Origin: Okeania sp.
GTDB taxonomy: Bacteria > Cyanobacteriota > Cyanobacteriia > Cyanobacteriales > Microcoleaceae
Length of the DNA stretch: 32,000 bases
Reading direction: 5' to 3'
Assembly: GCF_035285525.1 (NCBI RefSeq)
Contig: NZ_JAYKGW010000031.1
Coordinates: forward strand, 1-32,000
Positions 25,542 to 32,000 of this stretch are shown piece by piece. The notes below the pieces were generated by a model. That model did no database searches, was not told the DNA's origin, and saw only the letters and a list, made by a program, of their open reading frames with translations. Numbering within the stretch: the first letter of the stretch is position 1; every line of letters begins with the position of its first letter. Position numbers and translations under genes: made by a program.

Positions 25542-25812
25542 AATTAGGGCTGGCTGATTAAATCTAAAAGCATTGACAGATAAATGTTTGCATAATTTTA
25601 GGGGCTGATTTCTCGGGAACCGTAAAAGTACCAAATTTTGAGTTGATTGAACAGAAAAAGTGAGGACTTTATGATAATTATAACAGGAAAACTAAGGGGG
25701 GATTATGAATAACCACTTCTTCTACAACTGCCCGTTTTTCCTAACTCTTCACTACTCCCTACTCCCTATTCCCTAACCTAACCATCAGACTAAAGAAGCG
25801 CAAACCCTAATT
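25542..25812 (+). mobile_element. ~250-bp dispersed element, copy F (best-preserved; both termini intact)
   Basis: aattagggctggctgattaaatctaaaagcattgacagataaatgtttgcataattttagg...aaaagtaccaaatttt...cactactccctactccctattccc...agactaaagaagcgcaaaccctaatt. Confidence 0.75.
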
Positions 25813-26113
25813 AGAATTTCTATATTTGCAAAAATACTTTTTTTCTATTCTCTCCATACCTATTCCCAGTTAAGTTTTCCCTGTTTCCTATTCCCTAAAA
25901 GCAAAAAAATTTTCGCTTTTTTCAAAATTGAGATGCACCCAGAGAATTGGGGTTTGCTTATGGAAAATATTTTTGTTAACGTAGGAAATAGGCAGTAGTG
26001 AAGAGTCAAGTCAGTTGATGTCGTTCTGAAAATTTTGTTACAAAAGCAAACATTTTAACACCAATTTAACTTTTGAATGTTTACTTGAGCTAATGTGATA
26101 AATGATTAATTGG

Positions 26114-26129
26114 TGTGATATATATCACC
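26114..26129. promoter_or_regulatory. CRP/FNR-family-type palindrome TGTGA-N6-TCACc, 80 nt upstream of ORF 26209
   Basis: tgtgatatatatcacc is embedded in a wider inverted repeat, tgtgataaa (26094-26102) ... tttatcaca (26143-26151). Confidence 0.45.
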
Positions 26130-26208
26130 AAAACTGAAGCTGTTTATCACAGTGATTAAATTTTTAAGAAGTAATACTTAAGATACTGATATACAATAAT
26201 TAGGTTTT

Positions 26209-26415
26209 ATGGGATATTCACATCAAACTCTTTTACCGGAAGTAGTTATTACAGACTTAGTATTCCAAGTTTATCGATCTGGTATCTTGACTCGAGAACA
26301 AAGAAAGCAACTTAGAAGTCTATTTTTACACCATAGTCTCAGTGAAGAAGATACAACAGCAATTAATAGATTACTTCATGCAGTTCGTCGTGGATGGTTC
26401 AAAGTTGCTGATTAA
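26209..26415 (+). CDS. Small hypothetical protein (68 aa)
   Basis: This is a clean ORF in an otherwise ORF-poor region with a plausible helical, basic sequence. I recognise no family. Confidence 0.45.
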   Translation: MGYSHQTLLPEVVITDLVFQVYRSGILTREQRKQLRSLFLHHSLSEEDTTAINRLLHAVRRGWFKVAD

Positions 26416-26960
26416 AACTTTGCTATGGTATAGCAATCCTATTTTATTGGTCTACAAAATTAATTGCATTGCTTTTAGGGAATAAGGAACAGATAACAGG
26501 TGAGATTTTCAGTTTTTTTAGTTACTTTTTAATTTGTCACAGTCTATTGAGGATTGCGATATTTTGCTTGACTAATCAAAAAGGAGATAAAGTGAATAGA
26601 TTGTATTTTAATTTCAATTTTTTATTCACTGACGACTTCCTTTGTGCCTCAATAATTTCATCCTGGTCATTTCAGTTATCAGTTTCTATCGCTGTTTGCG
26701 CAGCATTGCGCAGGAAAGCCTTGTGCTTGAAATACTAAAGTTTATTTTTTTCATCCCCTTGCGACGCAGTCAAGAGGAGACTGGATATCTTATTTTTTTG
26801 TGAAAGATACCAAATAGTTTTTATATAGAAATAGAAAACAATATTATATTATAATACATTATATGCCCTTTTTATGTGTAAGTTTTGATAAGTTGAGAAA
26901 AAACAGTGTTTTTGGGTAAAATTAACTCAATTGTTTTTACCATTATTTTCACATTCACAA

Positions 26961-27488
26961 ATGAGTGATATTTATATTTCTTGGCCAGAATATCATAAAG
27001 CAATTGAATGTTTAGCAGCAAAAATTTATGAATCTCAGTGGGAGTTTAATCAAATTGTATGTTTAGCTAGAGGGGGAGTAAGAGTAGGAGATATTCTTTC
27101 TCGTATCTTTGACAAGCCTTTAGCTATTCTTGCTGTTTCTTCTTATGGTGGTTTTCAAGGTAAAAAACGAGGTAATATCAAAATCGGTAAAAATTTGACT
27201 ATGACTACAGATGCTCTAGGTAGTCATATTTTGTTGGTTGATGATTTAGTGGATTCAGGAATTAGTATTAAAGAGTCTAAGGTTTGGCTACAAGATAATT
27301 ATACTCAAGAAATTCAAGAATTAAAAACTGCTGTTTTATGGTATAAGGCTTGCTCAATATTTGAGCCTAATTTCTATGTTGATTTTTTAAATGATAATCC
27401 TTGGATTCATCAACCTTTTGAGAAATATGAACACATTAATCCTGTTGATTTAACTTTAGACAAAAAAAGTTTATTAATTAATAATTAG
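26961..27488 (+). CDS. Phosphoribosyltransferase, Gpt (xanthine-guanine PRTase)-like
   Basis: The PRPP-binding loop is ILLVDDLVDSGISI. CLARGGVRVGDILSR and the C-terminal WIHQPFE parallel E. coli Gpt (SRGGLVPGALLAR, WIEQPWD). The ATG at 26961 is preferred over the TTG at 26931. Confidence 0.75.
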   Translation: MSDIYISWPEYHKAIECLAAKIYESQWEFNQIVCLARGGVRVGDILSRIFDKPLAILAVSSYGGFQGKKRGNIKIGKNLTMTTDALGSHILLVDDLVDSGISIKESKVWLQDNYTQEIQELKTAVLWYKACSIFEPNFYVDFLNDNPWIHQPFEKYEHINPVDLTLDKKSLLINN

Positions 27489-27570
27489 GGAACAAGAAAC
27501 AGGGAACAGTTTCAATTTAAACCTTTCTTTTCCTTTTACTTACAAGTCCCTTCTTGCTTCTAAAATGTAA

Positions 27571-27800
27571 CTAGGGTTTACTGCCAAAGGTTACAGCCCT
27601 TACAGGTACTAATCAAGTACCAGCTTTTAGATGATTTCGGTACGGTACGGTTCCCGAAAAATCGTTACAAAATCATCTATTCTAGGATTTTGGGCATTTC
27701 GAGGGTTAGAAAATTAAGGGAAGATTGTTCTGGCTACCTCTTCTATGATTCTCATTCCCATACAGATTCTGGATTCTGGATTCTGGTTCCTCTCAACCAA
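27571..27800 (+). mobile_element. ~250-bp dispersed element, copy G (divergent; right end replaced by a (GATTCTG)3 heptamer run)
   Basis: ctagggtttactg...cttttag...acggttcccgaaaaat...agaaaattaagggaagattgttctggctacctcttct...agattctggattctggattctgg. Confidence 0.55.
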
Positions 27801-27858
27801 ACATGATATTATAATTGCAGTCTGTTATTTTTTAATATCTATTTGTATTTTATTTCTT

Positions 27859-28212
27859 ATGTCTACTTCTAAACTAACTTTGAATTTGGTAGAGGGTTCT
27901 ATATCTTTTGATTTTACTCCTGAAGCTGCAAAAAAGTTACAAAGTGCGATTGCTGAATTAATCCAACAATTAAAATCTGCTGCTGCTAAAACTGCTGCGG
28001 GGACTTCTGGTAAACCAACTCCACAAAAACCTACAGAATATCAGTATATAGGAGATGTATTTTTAGAAGTCTTTTGCAATCCTAATATTTGGCCTAGTCC
28101 TTTTGCTGCTAAATTATTAATTACTTTGCGAGATGAGCGAATTAGAATAACTACTGAAGCTGAACTTACTAGAGTTTATGATGATATTAATCAATATTTA
28201 GATCAAGTATAG
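27859..28212 (+). CDS. Hypothetical protein (117 aa from the ATG at 27859)
   Basis: The first 38 codons of ORF 27745-28212 lie in repeat copy G, so the internal ATG (MSTSKLTLNLVEG...) is preferred. I recognise no family. Confidence 0.5.
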   Translation: MSTSKLTLNLVEGSISFDFTPEAAKKLQSAIAELIQQLKSAAAKTAAGTSGKPTPQKPTEYQYIGDVFLEVFCNPNIWPSPFAAKLLITLRDERIRITTEAELTRVYDDINQYLDQV

Positions 28213-28240
28213 CACTTAGGAATGATTTGTGAAAAAAAAA

Positions 28241-28264
28241 TGTAGGGGTTTGGTCTCCAAACCT
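28241..28264. repeat. Hairpin small dispersed repeat between the two cassette genes
   Basis: tgtaggggtttggtctccaaacct belongs to the same unit as 20366, 25467 and 16681. Confidence 0.85.
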
Positions 28265-28283
28265 ATATAACCATATAACTAAA

Positions 28284-29564
28284 ATGCTGAGTTTTCTACC
28301 CAGAAAAGCAAAAAGAGTGGAATTAATAAAAAATAGCACTGTGCATTGTGAGTATCAACTTTCAAAATTTGATACTCACATGGGGGTTTGGCCGTATTAC
28401 GGTGTAATAAATTGGTATAAGCATCAAATAGATTCTCATAGATTAAAAATAGCAATTCAACAAATAGTAAATAGTGTACCAATTTTAGGAGGAAGATTAG
28501 TAAGAAAATTGTTTTCGACCTTAAAAGTTGTCTGTAACCCACAAAAATCTGGTGTTGGTTTTATTGAAATTGATTTAGGGGAACAGGAAATAAATCTTGA
28601 GAATTTATTAGATGCCAAAAGTTATGTAAAAAATGAGTTTAATATTCCCAAAAATTCTTCAGATGCTATTAATCAAGATACTCCATTACTGTATGTGATT
28701 TTGAATCATAATCAAAATTATTATGGTGTAAGTCTGCTGATCAATCATTTTATAGCAGATGGTGGAACATATTTTAAATTATTAGAATATCTTTCTCAAG
28801 CATATGAAGATACAGAATATGTTGCTAACTCTGAACCATTATTTACCATAGATTTTCAGAAAATAGATGACTTTATTGCGACAAATTTTAAAAAATTATC
28901 ATGGCAAGACAAAATTTTAAGTTCAACATCTTTTATTGTTTTTGTATTAAACAGTTTTTTTCAAAATCAGGATAACTGGAGTTATCTTGAATGTATTTTA
29001 ACTAAAGAAAAGTTAGACTTAATTAAGAGGAATAGCAAAAATTTGTCTAACGAAGAAAGTGCATATAGCACAAACGATGCTTTATTTGAATTTTTATCGG
29101 TTGTTCCGATTAAACGATTTATTTTTCTTTGTAATTTAAGATATAGAAATGTTGGCATACCTAAAAATTATTTAGGAAATGCTGAAGCTTTCGTTTTAGA
29201 TTTAACTAAGCCAGAAAACAATTATATGTTAAAACATACTGATGTGAGAAAATCAGTAAATGAACTTCCGCGAATATACGGCTTCATATCTACTTTTGAT
29301 GGCAAATACTTATGTCATAATTCTTGGGTTAAATTACAAAATTATTCACCTGGTTTTGGTGGTAAATTAATTTTCCAAAAGTTCTTTGAATTTGATGATA
29401 TACCCAAAGATTTTTTATCGTTTGCTTGTCAAAGTTCAGGAATATACAAATTGACTGAAAATCAATATTTATTGATATGTATCAATTTAAAAAATGTTGT
29501 TTCCCAAATAGAAAAGAAGTTAAAAAAAATGGGTGTAGAAGAGATTTTGATTAAAACATCCTAA
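28284..29564 (+). CDS. BAHD / condensation-superfamily (HxxxDG) acyltransferase-like protein, 426 aa
   Basis: Motifs occur in BAHD order and spacing: LSKFD (about aa 26), VPILGGRL (cf. YPLAGRL, about aa 65), the catalytic NHFIADGG (HxxxDG, about aa 155), and PGFGGK (cf. DFGWG, about aa 355). The gene is visibly more AT-rich than its neighbours. Confidence 0.65.
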   Translation: MLSFLPRKAKRVELIKNSTVHCEYQLSKFDTHMGVWPYYGVINWYKHQIDSHRLKIAIQQIVNSVPILGGRLVRKLFSTLKVVCNPQKSGVGFIEIDLGEQEINLENLLDAKSYVKNEFNIPKNSSDAINQDTPLLYVILNHNQNYYGVSLLINHFIADGGTYFKLLEYLSQAYEDTEYVANSEPLFTIDFQKIDDFIATNFKKLSWQDKILSSTSFIVFVLNSFFQNQDNWSYLECILTKEKLDLIKRNSKNLSNEESAYSTNDALFEFLSVVPIKRFIFLCNLRYRNVGIPKNYLGNAEAFVLDLTKPENNYMLKHTDVRKSVNELPRIYGFISTFDGKYLCHNSWVKLQNYSPGFGGKLIFQKFFEFDDIPKDFLSFACQSSGIYKLTENQYLLICINLKNVVSQIEKKLKKMGVEEILIKTS

Positions 29565-29790
29565 TCAAGTATATAGTCTTGGCAAATTAGGTATTCTTCA
29601 GAAATAAATTAGCTTTTAAATTGCCAGTTATTAAAATAGAAAATCTAGATTTAGCTAGAAAATAAAAATATAAGTGCTTATGCAAAAATAATTATACATT
29701 ACTATTATATATCTTCAATCTTCATAAATAAATTATCACTTCTTTTCCCTGTTCCCTCTGTCAACTAGGAAATTAATTTTACATCACTAC

Positions 29791-30043
29791 TTAGGGTTTA
29801 CTGATTAAATATATAAAGAATTAGCCGATAAGAGTCAAAGCATTTTTAGAGCAAAAAAACTACCAAATTTTGCTTGACAAGATACGGTTCCCGAAAAATA
29901 AAAAAGTTAGTATTTGAGCAAAAGTTGGGCAGAAAAATTATCTCTTAATTTTTCTGACTACCTCCTCTGTAACTCCCTATTTATCTTGATTTTTAACTAC
30001 TCCCTACCAAGTGCAAAAAGAATTTATTCAGCCAACCCTACTT
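29791..30043 (+). mobile_element. ~250-bp dispersed element, copy H (internal deletion of the TTGACA segment)
   Basis: ttagggtttactgattaaat...aaagcatttttagagcaaaaaaactaccaaatttt...acggttcccgaaaaat...cagaaaaattatctc...ttctgactacctcctct...actactccctacc...cagccaaccctactt. Confidence 0.65.
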
Positions 30044-30175
30044 AATACTTTACTAGAAAAAATATTCTCAAATAACTTTTCAGTTGCTTCTATCCGCGCT
30101 ATATTACCAGTAAAGTATATTTCTCAATTTTAATAAAAGAGAAATTGTCATTTGATATTAAGAGAGCTTACAATT

Positions 30176-30571
30176 ATGAATCCTGAAGATCTGACCCAAA
30201 TAGTACAAAAAGGATTTCGTGTCACCCTAGGTGCTACATCCTTTTTCTTTGAGACTTTGCAAGACTCTAGTAAACGGGATGAAAATTTGAATAAATTAAA
30301 TTCTGATTTTAATCAACTAACTGAGGAGTGGGTTAAAAGAGGAGAAATGACTGAACAAGAAGCTCGAAACTTTGTTGATACAATTTTGAATCAACAAAAT
30401 AGTCAAGTCAATGTTGACAGCACAACTTCTTCTTATTCTTCTTCCAACCCTGCTTCTAATTCTGGTATTGTAGAATCAGATATACAAAGAGATTTGTTAG
30501 AACTAACTAAAGAAATAGCAAATCTACGGGCTGATTTACAAAAATATCAGGAGTCAGAGTCTCAGAGTTAA
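30176..30571 (+). CDS. Hypothetical protein (131 aa from the ATG at 30176), helical N-terminal half and S/N-rich linker
   Basis: This is a clean ORF followed by a terminator hairpin. The TTG at 30152 is less likely than the ATG at 30176. I am confident of no family. Confidence 0.5.
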   Translation: MNPEDLTQIVQKGFRVTLGATSFFFETLQDSSKRDENLNKLNSDFNQLTEEWVKRGEMTEQEARNFVDTILNQQNSQVNVDSTTSSYSSSNPASNSGIVESDIQRDLLELTKEIANLRADLQKYQESESQS

Positions 30572-30699
30572 ATTTATTTTAAAATTGTTTCTGCAAATAA
30601 AAAAAATATTTGACACATTATAACACCCCGATCTATATGTGTCTTATATGCTTATTCAGCTATTAATTAAAGTTCTGAAAAAGTAGGATAAATTATATT

Positions 30700-30746
30700 G
30701 CCTAACCTAGATAAAAATCTATTTAACTGGGTTAGGCTTTTCTTTT
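30700..30746. terminator. Hairpin plus T-tract between convergent genes (possibly a bidirectional terminator)
   Basis: gcctaacc - 22-nt loop - ggttaggc is followed by ttttctttt, and it overlaps the stop codon of the minus-strand ORF 30745-30969. Confidence 0.55.
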
Positions 30747-30969
30747 AGTCGTTGTCCCATTGTTCACTACCTATAAGGTCAGCAATTCGATCTCTGAGTA
30801 GAAAATTACACTGTTCTAACTCACCCTCTACACAGGCCCATTCCCTGGCCGGAATATACTGGCAAAGAGTATAAATAGGTTGCTGACGACTGAGAACTCC
30901 TTTCTGTACAAGTTCTAATGCTTCGTCCCTAATGATATCTAATGAATATTGAACTGTGGTGTAAGTCAT
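30745..30969 (-). CDS. Small conserved cyanobacterial protein (74 aa), possibly DUF4327-like
   Basis: YSLDIIRDEA.ELV.KG.LSRQQPIYTLCQYIPAREW.CVE.ELE.C.FLLRDRI.DL resembles a short cyanobacteria-specific family. The assignment is from memory. Confidence 0.5.
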   Translation of the reverse strand: MTYTTVQYSLDIIRDEALELVQKGVLSRQQPIYTLCQYIPAREWACVEGELEQCNFLLRDRIADLIGSEQWDND

Positions 30970-31281
30970 GGTTATCCCCTGGACCTAGCTTAAGTGGTTT
31001 TCTCTGATACTAATAATATAAAGCAAAATAAATAATTCTGTGTGTTATTTTTTTCAGTATATACAGTTACAATTTTTTCTATTTTTTAGATAAGTATTCT
31101 AAAAGTTATGAGACCAACACATTGTCTATAGTGTTGGCCTAAATTGCATCTATATACTTTAAATTTGTGCCCATTAGCGAGTTAATTTCAGATTTTTCTG
31201 GTCTTTTCACCTCAAAAAATGTTATCCGCATTATCACTTTGATTGGATTTTGTCAAAAATTAGGTAACATTTTGTGATGTT

Positions 31282-32000
31282 TTAGAGAGAAGATAGGAAA
31301 TCTGGAAATAAAATTTCTAGAGCAATAGCTTGAGCTTTTGGCATTTGTCCATAACAAAATATATAGGGTATCTCTGATAAAAGTTCTGCTGAAAACTGTT
31401 TCAGAGTATATTGACTACCGTATATGATTAGACCTTGGAGTTCACCATTTTTTAATAATTTCTTAACCAAATCATCTGCTAATTGTGTTAGGCTGGCAGA
31501 CTTACCGAAAGGATTGCCACGAATAAATAGTTGCAGTAAAGTCGAGCCATGAGAGGTAAAGTTGGGGAGGGCTTCAGAATTATTATCAATTAGATGTGGT
31601 TGATAACCATATTTTTGGGGAATAGCGATCGCTGGAGTATGATTACCTAAAAAAGGAGTGTTAAGTAAATCCTGTACCACTATTAAATTGCGTAAATGAT
31701 TATTATTTTTGCTAGGAGTAAGAGAACCTCCTGCTGCTTGGATAGAATCTTGTAAAATTTGAGCTACAGTTTCTTGTGCTTTTGGTTGAGCTAACTTTTC
31801 AACTAAATTATATGTAGGAGATGAGGAATAATCTGATATTTTTTCGTCTCCAGGTTGCCAAGTAGGATATACTTTCCTTTTAGCTTGCCAAATTCTCTCT
31901 AAAGACTCATCAATTCGCGATTCAGAAATCCGGCCTTGAGTCACCGCATCACAAACAGCATTAATTGTCACCTCCGCATCTAAAGGCATCAACAAAATAT
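31282..32000 (-). CDS. Glycoside hydrolase family 3 (NagZ / beta-hexosaminidase-like) protein, C-terminal part. The gene continues beyond the window.
   Basis: The frame is open to the window edge. (I)LLMPLD...AV..G.ISESRIDESLERIW.AK is the end of the GH3 N-terminal catalytic domain. Confidence 0.7.
   Translation of the reverse strand, partial: ILLMPLDAEVTINAVCDAVTQGRISESRIDESLERIWQAKRKVYPTWQPGDEKISDYSSSPTYNLVEKLAQPKAQETVAQILQDSIQAAGGSLTPSKNNNHLRNLIVVQDLLNTPFLGNHTPAIAIPQKYGYQPHLIDNNSEALPNFTSHGSTLLQLFIRGNPFGKSASLTQLADDLVKKLLKNGELQGLIIYGSQYTLKQFSAELLSEIPYIFCYGQMPKAQAIALEILFPDFLSSL

Noticed and set aside
26469-26738. 89-aa ORF, and an internal 48-codon ORF with AAGGAG-N6-GTG at about 26582-26738 (hydrophobic peptide with a basic C-terminus, type I toxin-like)
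   Set aside because: The long ORF starts at TTG in repeat-like sequence. The short one is intriguing, but its C-terminal third is encoded by a tgcgcagcattgcgcagg repeat unit and nothing else supports it. It would need ribosome profiling.
26740-26960. Possible purine riboswitch upstream of the Gpt-like phosphoribosyltransferase
   Set aside because: The leader is almost pure A/T with no segment resembling the conserved purine-riboswitch junction or loops. No convincing three-way junction can be drawn.
1-32000. Search for tRNA, rRNA, tmRNA, RNase P RNA, transposase, integrase, reverse transcriptase or cas genes
   Set aside because: I saw no T-loop/acceptor-type tRNA signature (GGTTCGAATCC-like) and no rRNA-like conserved blocks, and no ORF carries motifs of these enzyme classes. 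The MITE families therefore appear non-autonomous within this window.

Overview
This is an AT-rich chromosomal segment from a filamentous, Nostocales-type cyanobacterium. The taxonomic evidence is about 20 HIP1 octamers (GCGATCGC) counted by eye, apcD, ndhM, a xisH/xisI pair, and heptamer STRR-like tracts. Housekeeping genes are rsmA, a PEP-mutase/ICL-family enzyme, lpxD, rlmD, apcD, uppP, a PP2C phosphatase, ndhM, a Gpt-like phosphoribosyltransferase and a partial GH3 glycosidase. Four other things stand out. (1) A 7.1-14.6 kb accessory stretch holds nuclease-family genes (three Uma2, Rpn, XisH/XisI) plus a TPR protein and a GNAT gene, and 5 of its 9 genes are disrupted. (2) Small repeats are very dense: at least four MITE-like families, one nested insertion with a TAA target duplication, and palindromic small dispersed repeats. 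(3) There are two non-coding tandem arrays: 4 hairpin cores at 101-104 bp spacing between apcD and uppP, and 12 copies of a 14-mer upstream of uppP. (4) An unusually AT-rich cassette encodes a BAHD/condensation-type (HxxxDG) acyltransferase and is flanked by co-oriented repeat elements. I recognised no tRNA, rRNA, CRISPR array, transposase, integrase or reverse transcriptase. I could not demonstrate a coherent new multi-gene system. The best candidates for follow-up are the hairpin tandem array, the Uma2 genes with their shared 3' module, the ~250-bp promoter-like dispersed element, and the BAHD-like cassette. All homology calls rest on motif recognition by eye, not on database searches.
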